From the NCBI GenBank assembly GCA_046563655.1, contig JAJCTO010000009.1, positions 372,001 to 436,000 on the forward strand: 64,000 bases of DNA. Direction: 5' to 3'. The first letter of the stretch is position 1, and each line of letters begins with the position of its first letter. The stretch is from Yuukianura sp. NJ FZ-2021. Taxonomy: Eukaryota. The notes beneath the pieces were generated by a model. It saw nothing but the letters and a program-made list of their open reading frames with translations. It searched no databases and was not told where the DNA came from. The translations under genes were made by a program, and so were the position numbers. Of the stretch, positions 26,393 through 38,700 are shown piece by piece.

Positions 26393-27954
26393 TCTTGGTT
26401 ATTATTTCGTAGTTCTTCTGCAGTAAAAGGTAAACGGCGTATTCGGTCGAAGGGAAATTGGCGTAGGGATAACGTAATTGACTGAAATTGAATGACTTGG
26501 AGTTGAGGGAAGAATGCTGGAATTACTTGATGTGTTCTGAATGTTAGTTAAACGTTGCTACTAGACGATAACTGTTCGTTTTTAGGTGTAGACGAGTGGT
26601 GTGGTAGTACTAATTCCTCTGTTTGTGCCTGCGCAATGAAGATTCTTCCTGCGGATCGACGGTAGTGACTTGATGTGCACTGGAGCTGGCAACGTGTCGT
26701 CTCGTGTCACTGGACAATTAGCAGTATTGAAACAAAAGATGGGTGTCGTAATCCTTGGGTAGATTGTAATGCCCTTGGTTTGAAGTGTGTTCTAAGTCTC
26801 GTTCAGTGCTTGATTATGAAGTTATCGATGCCTTTGCCGTTTAGTAGTTGATTGTTATTGATTACTGATAGTATGTTAGCCACTGATGATTCGTTTGTCA
26901 CGAGACACAAGAGTAGTCAGTAGTGCATTAACTTGATTAATGTTTATACTTATACACGAGAGTGAATGGTCAGCTGATCGAAAAGTAATGAAAAATCCCA
27001 CAAATACCTCCCTGGTACTGCCGAAAGTAGTATCACCGTGTTCGGGAAGAGTTCTTCTGTCGAATTCCAGTTGATTCCAGTGACCGAGGTTAGTTAATTG
27101 GTGATTAAAAATGATTAATCAGGGAGCCTGTCTTTTGAAACTCTGGTTCTTCCATTCACAAAGAAACTTCTCTTAGGTTAGGTTAGGTTGTATGAATCTT
27201 CCAGACACATTAAATATGACATTAACGCTTTACTTGCAGCTCGAGTGTTCCAGAAGTTAGATTTGTCAGTGTAGCTTCACCATCTCATATCTCATATCCC
27301 ACGATTGAGTTTATGAGTTTTGTGCAGAAAAAAATTAAACTAACTTTTGGAACACCCGAACCAGTGTGCGAATATGTCATAGGCGAAAGCAGAAATGTTT
27401 AAACAAAAGTTTCATCTTTGACAAAGTAGCATATGCAATGTATCAATTTGTTATGACACTTAATTTTTATGACTTTCTTTCGCATTAATCAATGCGCTTT
27501 GATGGAATCAATGCAGATTTTGGCATTCAAATTTAGTTCAGTTCTTAAGCTTACCAATGTAAGTGTTCCAAAAAAGTTAGAAAAAAAATTTGTAAAAATT
27601 CGAAAAACAATGACGGTGATTTGTGGAATATGTCTTGTAGACATTTTAGAAGACGGTGAAGTTTTGTGGGCGATTAAGTGCTCACACGTATTTCACAAGT
27701 AAGCCAAAAATTAATTCTGAATTTTTTGATTCATTTTCAAAAAAATTTGTTTGATGTTTTACGCAAAATAATTCTTTCGGTTGTTTTTGAAATTCGTTAT
27801 CTTTTGTTGTTTCAGACGATGCCTCCTCATTGCAAATCAATCTTGGATATATCGAAAAATTGATGAAGGACGTGCGAAGGCAAAAGCTGAGAAAAGGCCT
27901 TACGTCAAACCTGAAAAATTCGAGTAAGTTTTCTTCTTAATTACCATATTCTTA

Positions 27955-30201
27955 CGAGGGATGCTTGTTCACGTGATCTCGAAATATTGAAATTTAGAGT
28001 TATAGTCGAGTTCCTGAAGTAAGCACAAACATTTTGGTGCTAATTTTAGTTGCGAACGCAAAAAAAAAAAATTTACCCCGGTATTTGAACCCGCGTCACG
28101 CGCCTCAAAGTACAAAAAACGACCAGACGCTTTCTCACGTGCAACATCAGGTAAACTTCAATCTAGCGAATGTAAATGGTTAGATATTAGCCACCATAAT
28201 TCACTTTCACCAAAAACTTTTTCAAATTTAATTTCAGTAAAACTTTTTAATTACTTTTGATACTCCGCCAAGTGGTACATAAAAAAAAAACAAGAAAAAC
28301 ATAAAGTTTTAAAACAACGGCTGCAACGAATGAACCGATTTTCCTCTGCGCAAATTTCACAAATAGTAGAATTTTCCTTTTCCCAGTGAAAACAGACCTG
28401 TTGAACTGATAAAAATTCCTCCTTGTCATCTTCTTCCAGAAATCCTGCTGAAAAAAAGCAATAACGAATCATGGCATTGAAGACTGGAGCTGATAATTGG
28501 TGGTGAAGTAGGCTTTGCATTTTTATGATTCCATTTCTTGTTGTTATGCGGTCTTGTGGATGGATTCCATTTGGTTCCACAAAAATGTCACAGTGGTTGA
28601 TCATTGCTCGAGCTAGAATTTTCAGTTGACGATGGAAATATGTATCAAGGGGTTGGCAAGTTGAGGTACATTTTTCAGGTATGATGAGAACTTCTGCTTT
28701 CACTGTACTTTCTCCAAAAACTTCATCATAAAGGTCTAAATTTGTTTGACCTTTCCAAGAATCAATGAGGTAGAGAAAGTCTTCTTTCATTTCCGGAGCT
28801 ACCACTTTCTCGTTGAAGTATTTAACCAAACTGGAGTTGAGTTTTCCCGAATGGCTGCAGGTCAAGGTCACGTTTGGTGCTGGAAAAAGTGAATTTTCCA
28901 CTATTGGTCCAATCCTTCCGCTGTTTTCTTGGAGACAAATGAACACATTCCCAACAATATTTCCTTGAGCAGAAATGACATACTGCACAGTATATGTATG
29001 TGTCACTAGATTTTTTGGAGAAAGGACGCAGCCTTTCACCCTCTTTTCTCCTATGAAGTTTAAGGTCCTTGCAGAATAAATTTCGTAGGCAAAACCACAC
29101 TGGTCTGTATTGATGATTTGGGCTGGTGTGTAATTTTTCATTTTCTCCTTCACTTTCACTCGAAACGACTCTGCTTTCTCCATGAGATCCTCTGAATTGG
29201 ATACTTCGTGACGGCTTAGGAGAAGGTTGATTCGACGGCTTTTAACTCGATGTTTTGATTTAAAATTGTCAGCCCAACTTCTACTTGCTCTAAAAAAATT
29301 TGCTTTAATTTCGGTTGCCTTTTGAATTCCCCACTGTTGCAGATTTTTTGTCCGGAGGATTTTGCCTGAGTCACGTGAAGCCACAAAATTTTGAAGCACA
29401 AACTTGTTAATTTGGCGTAGCTTTTCTCGTTTCGTTCCTCCTTCCAGAATTTGCTTTCTCCAAAAGGGTAGACGAGATTTGGATGGAAGTGAAGCACATC
29501 CTTTACGTTTTAGAGTAGGTAGGCTGTAGTTAGGATGTAAGTCAACAAAATCCAGTATTCTTTTCTTTTCGCGTAAAGGGATTTCGTTGGCCTCAATACT
29601 TTCATCTTCAGATTCAAAATTTTCATCGACTGTGTCTAAAAAATTTTAAAAACAAAGTTGTGGAACATTTTTGAAGGGACTATTGAGAGAAACTTTTGAC
29701 TTTCACTTACCTGGAGCTATCAAGTCCTCTTCTTCTCCAAAAACAAAGTCATCAAGGAGCTGGAGGAAAGTTGAGTACAACTTGTCAGCAAAAGCGTCTG
29801 TACTTTCACACATAGTGGATAAATTATACTCTCCAAACTCATATTCAACAATTTTGACGAACTTTTTCGCAATTTCGATTGGATTCACGTCCATTTTTTG
29901 AAAAAAAAACGGAGTTTTTGAAATTAATTTTCTCCCGTGAAAAAAACGTTTTTGTGTCGACGACAAAGGGGAGAATATTCATCCAGTTGTCCATGAGATC
30001 CCCTGTGTGGCGGGGGAGAAAGCTTCTGGTCTTTTTTTGTTATTTGAGGCGGGGAACTCAGGTTCAAATACTGGGGTAGAATTTTTTTTTTTTTTTGCGT
30101 TCGCAACTAAAATTAGCACCAAAATGTTTGTGCTTACTTCAGGAACTCGACTATAACTCTAAAATTCAAAATTTCGAGATCACGTGAAAAAGCATGCCTC
30201 G
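27955..30201 (-). mobile_element. Autonomous Tc4/Tc5-like (pogo-related Tc1/mariner) DNA transposon with about 130-bp TIRs and TTA TSD at a CTTAG target
   Basis: TIRs cgagggatgcttgttcacgtgatctcgaaa... and ...tttcgagatcacgtgaaaaagcatgcctcg. The empty site in the paralogous copy reads attcTTAgtaat (about 19075-19086); here TTA is duplicated at 27952-27954 and 30202-30204. Confidence 0.9.
28251..29894 (-). CDS. DDE transposase (CENP-B-type HTH, DDE_1-like, C-terminal Cys cluster), 2 exons (29894-29711, 29635-28251), 522 aa
   Basis: A GTAAGT...TTTAG intron joins MDVNPIEIAKKF... in frame to the 382-aa ORF. Motifs: FRASRSWADNFK, INTDQCGF, LIDSW, CQPLD, CEIC...CSRC...CFSC. Confidence 0.85.
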
Positions 30202-30545
30202 TTAGTAATATTTGTAATTTTGTATTTGTTTTTAGACTGCAATGCCCATTGTGTTTAACTCCGATGGCTTTGAGGGCTCCTGATGGCTCCGGGGCTTTGA
30301 TGGCTTCGAGCTTATTCCCCCCCCCTGAGGGTCTAGGGGGAGGGAGGAAGGTAGGAGGAGGAGGAGGAGGTAAATTATAAAATGGGATGGGTGGTTTAAG
30401 CTGGTAGTGTCACCAAGCTGGTATTAGTAGTTTTAGGCAGGGATAAGAGGAAGAATAAGACAAAGTTGATATCGGTGGTTTGCTTGCGTAAGTCACTTCA
30501 TTGTAGCCTATTTCTCCATTCGATTCTAATTTTGGTCAACGAAGT

Positions 30546-31142
30546 ATGGCCGAATTAAAGTCATATGAGGGAAGGCTAAAGACTTTTTACGATGGCCAAG
30601 TGATGTGGACAGTGCCATTTTTAAGCGCGGAACGCTGTGCGAGAGCTGGATTTTATTATATTGAAATTGATGATCGGGTGAGTTATACGCGCTGATACTG
30701 TTTCAAACAGATGGATGAGTAATTTCGGTTCCGTACAAAATTGTGTCAGGTTGCCTGCGTGTTTTGCTCTGGAATTGTCGGAGAGTGGGAAATGGATGAC
30801 GATCCTATGGAAGAACATCGTAGGCATTTCCCCTCGTGCCCTTTTATTCGCACTATGCCGTACATCACCGAAACGTCTGAAGATGTCACTGGGATTCACA
30901 ATGTGCATCAACAGTTCGTGGGGAACGAAAAACCTACTGAGGCCTCCGCCGTCAAGTTACCACAACATAATGTACAGCAAACAGTTGTGGATCTAACATG
31001 CAAAATTTGCCTTGAAGAGAAGGTCTATGAAGTATTCCTACCATGTAAACACCTAATCGCTTGTTTAAACTGTTCATCCAGGCTAATGATATGTGCAGTA
31101 TGTCGAGAACCTATTTTTATCAGACTTAAAGTGTACACATAA
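30546..31142 (+). CDS. Inhibitor-of-apoptosis (IAP)-like protein, one BIR plus C-terminal RING, 174 aa; exons 30546-30677 and 30750-31142
   Basis: Spliced product: MAELKSYEGRLKTF...ARAGFYY...DR|VACVFC...WEMDDDPMEEHRRHFPSCPF (BIR), then CKIC...FLPCKHLIACLNC...CAVCR...KVYT (IAP-type RING). GTGAGT donor and CAG acceptor. Confidence 0.9.
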
Positions 31143-31385
31143 GCAAATGCTTTGGAATATATTCATTTAGGGTGTGTACTACAAAATCTACACTTTCAAA
31201 TTATTCTTTAATAAATTATACACAATTTCCTAAGTAAAAAAATTCAAATGTTCACACAACAACTGGTTGTTATTCAAATATCTGAAGAAGCCCAAGCCAT
31301 AAATCCAAGTAACAAATTTATTTATTAGGTTCAATTCTCAACCAAATTCAATGCATGGCAAAACTCAGAAGCCGCTGTCGGAAGC

Positions 31386-31952
31386 TTATAACATATCATC
31401 AAGAATATTCAAAAACCCTGATTTGGTCAAACAAATTACATTTCGTTTTCCTGCCTTTACAATTGCTATCAAGTACTCAAGCTGGTTTGAATTCAATTTT
31501 AATTCCTTATCTTCGTCTTCAGAGGAGTCCGAATGCATTTCTTTGTCGTCTTCCTCTTCAGCTTCGGAATAGGTTTCCGAGTCTTCACTGTCATCATCCT
31601 TGTCCCCACTGACCTTATCCTCCATGTCAGAATCATCGTCGCCATCGTCATCCACACCTTCAACAATGGTTCGCAAGGCATCCAAAGTCAGTCGATGAAC
31701 CCCGACGTCAGCATTGTGTAGAGCATGTAGGATTAGTGAAATGCTTGATTTACTCAATTTTGTTTCGGATTTGCTCTCAACTGAATCAGTCTCCGAGTTG
31801 CTCTCATCATTTTCAGATTCCTCGTATTCGGGTTCTGGTGCGTTTTGATATAGATTTGAAGACATACCAGCGGAATGAACAGTGCGACGATGTCGACTCA
31901 AAGCGTCCGTCCGAGAAAATGGGATGCCACAAATTTCACAGAAGAAGGTCAT
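31386..31952 (-). CDS. Small protein with an N-terminal C2H2 zinc finger and acidic tracts
   Basis: MTFFCEICGIPFSRTDALSRHRRTVH, then two acidic stretches each followed by a similar helical segment. Intronless and convergent with the IAP gene. The ATG is taken at 31952 because the upstream in-frame codons belong to the MITE. Confidence 0.65.
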   Translation of the reverse strand: MTFFCEICGIPFSRTDALSRHRRTVHSAGMSSNLYQNAPEPEYEESENDESNSETDSVESKSETKLSKSSISLILHALHNADVGVHRLTLDALRTIVEGVDDDGDDDSDMEDKVSGDKDDDSEDSETYSEAEEEDDKEMHSDSSEDEDKELKLNSNQLEYLIAIVKAGKRNVICLTKSGFLNILDDML

Positions 31953-31955
31953 TAC

Positions 31956-32636
31956 CAGACCTGCCAAAAATATTTTCTAAAAACCTAAGGAATATTTATT
32001 GAAATATTGACTCAAAACTGCTGAAATATTGACGCAAATATTGACCAACTTTTAGATAATTTATTGAAGAAAAGAGGGAAATTATGTAGTCTAATACTAT
32101 TCTTTGAAGAAAAACAGTTTATACTACACACCGCAGTTCAGTTAGCACAAATAGTTCCATATCCTCAATTTTTATAAGTTCTATCGTCTTACAAAAATGT
32201 TAATTTGTGTATGAGAGTGTAATCCTGGGTACGTTTTTTGTGTTTATATGCTATACTAAATACGTTTTCCAAAAACACTTTAAAAATACATAATGCAATT
32301 TGAATTGCATTAAGTAATTTTGAAGTTGAATTTAAGGAGGAGTAAATACCGTACAAAAGTCCCATTGTGAGTTGTCTCTGAATGCGGCCTGCACACACTA
32401 CCTTGTTTTGCGCCGAAAAATGAAAAAAAAATCATGTCACATCGGTGTTAAATTTTCATTTAAAGTCAGTATGTGCCAGATTCCTACTTTTCATTCAAAG
32501 TTTTAACTAAAATTTCAAAAAAGCCGCAAAAATTGATATAAATATTGACTTAAACTTAAATATTTGGCATTTACCAAAAACTCTCAAATATTGAAGATAT
32601 TTAAAATATTGATAAGAAATATTTCTGGCAGGTCTG
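31956..32636. mobile_element. hAT-type MITE (681 bp) with 8-bp TSD GTCATTAC
   Basis: TIRs cagacctgcca(aaaatattt) and (aaatatttc)tggcaggtctg, with gtcattac on both sides (31948-31955 and 32637-32644). Confidence 0.88.
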
Positions 32637-32771
32637 GTCATTACGTAATTCAACAATGATTTTAGACGATAGATGGGTGGTATCATCTCAAGAACTACTG
32701 CACGTTAGCATTCAATGACTACAAACTTACAACTGGACAAAATTCTTGTAAGAGGTATGTTTATAACTGAT

Positions 32772-33075
32772 TGTGGTGGTGGTGGTGGTGGTGGTGTTTG
32801 TTGGGGTGGTGGTGGTGGTGGTGTTTTTTGGGTTGTGGTGGTGGTGGTGGTAGATGTGTATAATAATAACTAGGGATCTCGAACCATTTGACAATGTGTA
32901 GAAAAGCGGCAATAAAAAATCTTAGAACAATAGCGACAACAAAAAATCTTAGAACAAAAGCGACAACAAGAAATCTTACAACAATATCGACAACAAAAAA
33001 TCTTAGAACAATAGCGACAACAAAAAATCTTACAACAATAGGCTCACACAAAAATCTTAGAACAAAAGCGACAAA
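32772..33075. repeat. (GGT)n microsatellite followed by a 27-bp minisatellite (aaaaatcttagaacaatagcgacaac)
   Basis: Seen directly: GGT runs at 32772-32851 and about six 27-bp units at 32915-33075. Confidence 0.9.
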
Positions 33076-33291
33076 GTTTCGAATAACAAAGGCAATGTTA
33101 GGACGAAAGCGGTGGCATTTGGTAAACCTAACCGTTGTACTTCTCCTCGAAGCTGGGTTATGTTTTTGAGACTTTTTCCAACATAATCGTATGGGCTGTG
33201 TGAGATTCTTGGAAATGTAGTGGAAGAATCCATAGAAGGGGGTGAGTGCATTAACTATGCAAAAAATTTTGTGTCACACCTCTGGAAGATG

Positions 33292-35729
33292 AATGCAAAA
33301 AATGAATGAGACGATGAGCTCATCATCTTCTCACGAATCCAAAGAGTGTTTGCTAAACAACAGTTATTTGGTAAAAAAAAAAAGGCACCCTACCCTCCTG
33401 TCGTAAGTTTCCTCCCAAGTGAAGCTGAGAGTGGGTGGAAGTGAACTCTTCCTCGTAAACTCATCTCCACATGGTGAAGGAATGAGATCAACTTTTTTTC
33501 ATGTTTACATTTTGAGCTCAAGGTCATGTTTGTTTTTACTAGTAGTTATGCGATGATGGACCGAGTTCCGCGACGGTCCTGCAGTTGGCAAATTCCGTGA
33601 CTGTCCTGAACTTGGCGGAAGCCATTTCCGTGATGGTCCTGCAGTCGGCTGTGAAGAATTAGGTGACGGTCCTGCAGTTGTCGGGGTCAAAATCCGTGAC
33701 GGTCCAGGATTAGCTCGGTTCAAATCGGAATCTGTCCTCCGTCGCTCATGTTGATTCGGTGCAGCTTCCTCAGTGTTGGTTTGTCGTTGCGGAATTTGGC
33801 TCAAAACATCTGCCAGAGCTGCCTCGGCATCATCTGCACGTTTTTTTTGTGAATAAATTTCCATTCGCTGCTGCCTGACTTTTTCTTCAACCAACTCGCA
33901 ATAGTTTGGTTGTATTCTGATACATCTAAAAAACAAAAAGAAATTTTACAAACCAAGATTAGTTTTAAAATTGTAAGCCGAATATTTTCTTACAAAATAA
34001 AATTCTTACCTGCATTCCAGAAGTGACGGGGATGGTGAACCTGTCGAAGTCGAGGCATGTGCAGTGGGTGGGGGCGGTGGGGGAGGTGGTGGAGTTCTAA
34101 TCAAAACAGACAACATTCAACTTCATATACCAAATTAATTAATAGGGGTTAATTTTTCGAAATTTTACCTTGGTCTTGGCGTCTCATCTTCGCTCAAAAT
34201 AATCCTCATCCCAGTCACGGACGGAGAAGTCTCGCTTGTTTCCGGGCTAAACTCCATCGGAGTTAAACACAATGGGCATTGCGGTCTAAAAACAAATACA
34301 AAATTACAAATATTACTAAGAATATGGTAATTAAGAAGAAAACTTACTCGAATTTTTCAGGTTTGACGGCCTTTTCTCAGCTTTTGCCTTCGCACGTCCT
34401 TCATCAATTTTTCGATATATCCAAGATTGATTTGCAATGAGGAGGCATCGTCTGAAACAACAAAAGATAACGAATTTCAAAAACAACCGAAAGAATTATT
34501 TTGCGTAAAACATCAAACAAATTTTTTTTTGAAAATGAATCAAAAAAATTCAGAATTAATTTTTGGCTTTTTGTTACTTGTGAAATACGTGTGAGCACTT
34601 AATCGCCCACAAAACTTCACCGTCTTCTAAAATGTCTACAAGACATATTCCACAAATCACCGTCATTGTTTTTCGAATTTTTACAAATTTTTTTTCTAAC
34701 TTTTTTGGAACACTTACATTGGTAAGCTTAAGAACTGAACTAAATTTGAATGCCAAAATCTGCATTGATTCCATCAAAGCGCATTGATTAATGCGAAACA
34801 AAGTCATAAAAATTAAGTGTCATAACAAATTGATACATTGCATATGCTACTTTGTCAAAGATGAAACTTTTGTTTAAACATTTCTGCTTTCACCTATGAC
34901 ATATTCGCACACTGGTTCGGGTGTTCCAAAAGTTAGTTTAATTTTTTTCTGCACAAAACTCATAAACTCAATGGTGGGATATGAGATATGAGATGGTGAA
35001 GCTACACTGACAAATCTAACTTCTGGAACACTCGAGCTGCATTAATGTCATATTTAATGTGTCTGGAAGATTCGTACAAAAAAATTTATGAGAGGATGAG
35101 ATCATCTTCTTCTCATGCACTCAGAAAGTTCACAGACTCAACTTCTGTCAGTGCAACTGCAACTTCCTGACAGAAGTTGAGTTTCGAAAAGTGGGTCATG
35201 TTTACATTTTTGACCTACAGGTCAAGTTTGTTTTTGTTATTGTTTTTACTAGCGCCCACAGAGACATAACTACTTATGACCAATAGGGATACAAGCGTTG
35301 AATTGTGCATTTACATGAACCAATTTTGATTTCTAGGAATCGGCATTCGACTCCTGTTCTCCCCCCCCCCTTCCCCAACGCTCAATTTTGTGCATGCTTA
35401 AGGACAATTGTGCATCAAAATGATTTTGAGCAGAGTAAAATCTGAGCCCAATTTGAACAGCATTTTGATGCAGTTAAATTAACGTTGTTCGCTAATAAAT
35501 AATACATTGTCATGGCAACATCCGTAATATATCATGTGTATCTTGCTCAACAAATTAACAAGATCAATTCAGTGCAGATCAAGGCAACTAAACAAAAAGA
35601 CACACCGTATTACTAAGGTAGTCTCACGAGCCGTTTTTAGTCTTCTGGAGACGCACGTCTACGACGTGCTGAAGAAGACTATTGATACGACTTTGTCTGT
35701 CTGTCTGTCTGTCCGTTCGCTTTTTTAGT
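33292..35729 (-). repeat. Right arm of the 2.4-kb inverted repeat
   Basis: Reverse complement of 17677-20106 with a few small indels. Confidence 0.95.
33505..34666 (-). pseudogene. Inverted copy of the RING-H2 gene with a 4-nt deletion in exon 2
   Basis: The minus strand reads aaggccgtcaaac versus aaggccTTACgtcaaac in the intact copy (about 34365-34372), which shifts the frame. There is also a small insertion just after the intron-1 donor. Confidence 0.8.
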
Positions 35730-35773
35730 CTTCTGGAGACGCACGTCTACGACGTGCTGAAGAAGACTATTGA
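35634..35773 (+). mobile_element. Two tandem HINE 5'-end fragments abutting satellite B
   Basis: tagtcttctggagacgcacgtctacgacgtgctgaagaagactattga occurs at about 35638 and again at about 35726, and the second copy runs directly into the satellite monomer. Confidence 0.8.
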
Positions 35774-38700
35774 CATTTCTCTTTGTATCAAATTTAAGTG
35801 GAAAGTTTCCCGGCCATTTGACAAATTCATTGTCAAACGCGTCACATGGCATCATTACACAGTTTGTATGTTACACCAGCGACTGGATTTCAGTTTGTGG
35901 AAAACCCACTTTTAGTTTTTTGCAGACGCATGTCTGCGATAGGCTGTGGAAGACTATAGATACAAATTTGTCGGTGTCGTGTTTTTAGGGCCTTTTGCAC
36001 TGGAATACTTAAGGCGGAACAGTCGAATATGTTTCACATTGAGCTAGCTTCTAGCTCGGTCTTTGTCTTGCTAATCTAACGTAAGTTTCAGCGTAAGTAG
36101 GTTACGGCAATGATTTTGAAACCTCAGTGCGGCTTAGTATATCAAGTTACAACGTATCTGAGTAGCCTGCTCTAACATTTCTCTTTGTATCAAATTTAAG
36201 TGGAAAGTTTTCCGGCCATTTGACAAATTCATTGTCAAACGCGTCACATGGCATCATAACACAGTTTGTATGTTACACCAGCGACTAGACTTCAATTTGT
36301 GGAAAACCCACTTTTAGTTTTTTGCAGACGCATGTCTGCGATAGGCTGTGGAAGACTATTGATACAAATTTGTCGGTGTCGTGTTTTTAGGGCCTTTTGC
36401 ACTGGAGTACTTAAGGCGGAACAGTCGAATATGTTTCATATTGAGCTAGCTTCTAGCGCGGTCTTTGTCTTGCTAATCTAACGTAAGTTTCAGCGTAAGT
36501 GGGTTAGGGCACTCATTTTAAAACCTCAGTGCGGGTTAGTATATCAAGTTACAACGTATCTGAGTAGCCTGCTCTAACATTTCTCTTTGTATCAAATTTA
36601 AGTGGAAAGTTTCCCGGCCATTTGACAAATTCATTGTCAAACGCGTCACATGGCATCATAACACAGTTTGTATGTTACACCAGCGACTGGACTTCAATTT
36701 GTGGAAAACCCACTTTTAGTCTTTTGCAGACGCATGTCTGCGACAGGCTGTGGAAGACTATTGATACAAACTTGTCGGTGTCGTGTTTTTAGGGCCCTTT
36801 GCACTGGAGTACTTAAGGCGGAACAGTCGAATATGTTTCACGTAGAGCTAGTTTCTAGCGCGGTCTCTGTCTTGCTAATCTAACGTAAGTTTCAGCGTAA
36901 GTAGTTTACGGCACTGATTTTGAAACCTCAGTGCGGGTTAGTATATCAAGTTACAACGTATCTGAGTAGCCTGCTCTAACATTTCTCTTTGTATCAAATT
37001 TAAGTGGAAAGTTCCCCGGCCATTTGACAAAATTATTGTCAAACGCGTCACATGGCATCATAACACAGTTTGTATGTTACACCAGCGACTGGACTTCAGT
37101 TTGTGGAAAACCCACTTTTAGTTTTTTGCAGACGCATGTCTGCGATAGGCTGTGGAAGACTATTGATACAAATTTGTCGGTGTCGTGTTTTTAGGGCCCT
37201 TTGCACTGGAGTACTTAAGGCGGAACAGTCGAATATGTTTCACGTAGAGCTAGTTTCTAGCGCTGTCTCTGTCTTGCTAATCTAACGTAAGTTTCAGCGT
37301 AAGTAGGTTACGGCAATGATTTTGAAACCTCAGTGCGGCTTAGTATATCAAGTTACAACGTATCTGAGTAGCCTGCTCTAACATTTCTCTTTGTATCAAA
37401 TTTAAGTGGAAAGTTTCCCGGCCATTTGACAAATTCATTGTCAAACGCGTCACATGGCATCATAACACAGTTTGTATGTTACACCAGCGACTGGACTTCA
37501 ATTTGTGGAAAACCCACTTTTAGTCTTTTGCAGACGCATGTCTGCGACAGGCTGTGGAAGACTATTGATACAAACTTGTCGGTGTCGTGTTTTTAGGGCC
37601 CTTTGCACTGGAGTACTTAAGGCGGAACAGTCAAATATGTTTCACGTAGAGCTAGTTTCTAGCGCGGTTTCTGTCTTGCTAATCTAACGTAAGTTTCAGC
37701 GTAAGTAGTTTACGGCACTGATTTTGAAACCTCAGTGCGGGTTAGTATATCAAGTTACAACGTATCTGAGTAGCCTGCTCTAACATTTCTCTTTGTATCA
37801 AATTTAAGTGGAAAGTTTCCCGGCCATTTGACAAATTCATTGTCAAACGCGTCACATGGCATCATAACACAGTTTGTATGTTACACCAGCGACTGGACTT
37901 CAATTTGTGGAAAACCCACTTTTAGTCTTTTGCAGACGCATGTCTGCGACAGGCTGTGGAAGACTATTGATACAAACTTGTCGGTGTCGTGTTTTTAGGG
38001 CCCTTTGCACTGGAGTACTTAAGGCGGAACAGTCGAATATGTTTCACGTAGAGCTAGTTTCTAGCGCGGTCTCTGTCTTGCTAATCTAACGTAAGTTTCA
38101 GCGTAAGTAGGTTACGGCAATGATTTTGAAAACTCAGTGCGGCTTAGTATATCAAGTTACAACGTATCTGAGTAGCCTGCTCTAACATTTCTCTTTGTAT
38201 CAAATTTAAGTGGAAAGTTCCCCGGCCATTTGACAAAATTATTGTCAAACGCGTCACATGGCATCATAACACAGTTTGTATGTTACACCAGCGACTGGAC
38301 TTCAGTTTGTGGAAAACCCACTTTTAGTTTTTTGCAGACGCATGTCTGCGATAGGCTGTGGAAGACTATTGATACAAATTTGTCGGTGTCGTGTTTTTAG
38401 GGCCTTTTGCACTGGAGCACTTAAGGCGGAACAGTCGAATATGTTTCACATTGAGCTAGCTTCTAGCGCGGTCTTTGTCTTGCTAATCTAACGTAAGTTT
38501 CAGCGTAAGTAGGTTACGGCACTGATTTTGAAACCTCAGTGCGGGTTAGTATATCAAGTTACAACGTATCTGAGTAGCCTGCTCTAACATTTCTCTTTGT
38601 ATCAAATTTAAGTGGAAAGTTCCCCGGCCATTTGACAAATTTATTGTCAAACGCGTCACATGGCATCATAACACAGTTTGTATGTTACACCAGCGACTGG

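Larger units (their letters stand above)
20529..27188 (-). mobile_element. Degraded non-LTR retrotransposon (LINE; clade unresolved, L2/CR1/RTE-X-like) with ORF1, APE-RT ORF2 and a microsatellite 3' tail
   Basis: On the minus strand, AATAAA is followed by a (TTGA)n tail at about 20529-20555. ORF2 and ORF1 lie upstream. The 5' limit is uncertain; unique sequence ends at (TTAGG)3 near 27174-27188. No TSD found. Confidence 0.85.
27190..30267 (+). pseudogene. Third copy of the RING-H2 gene unit (exons 1-2, intron 2 split by a transposon, truncated in exon 3)
   Basis: 27190-27954 matches about 18326-19081 and 30202-30267 matches about 19079-19144. Confidence 0.85.

Noticed and set aside
32727..33251. 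His/Thr-rich and repetitive ORFs
   Set aside because: Products of the GGT microsatellite and the 27-bp minisatellite.
17677..35729. Polinton/Maverick call based on long inverted arms
   Set aside because: No pPolB, integrase, ATPase or capsid ORF, no AG...CT termini and no 6-bp TSD were found.
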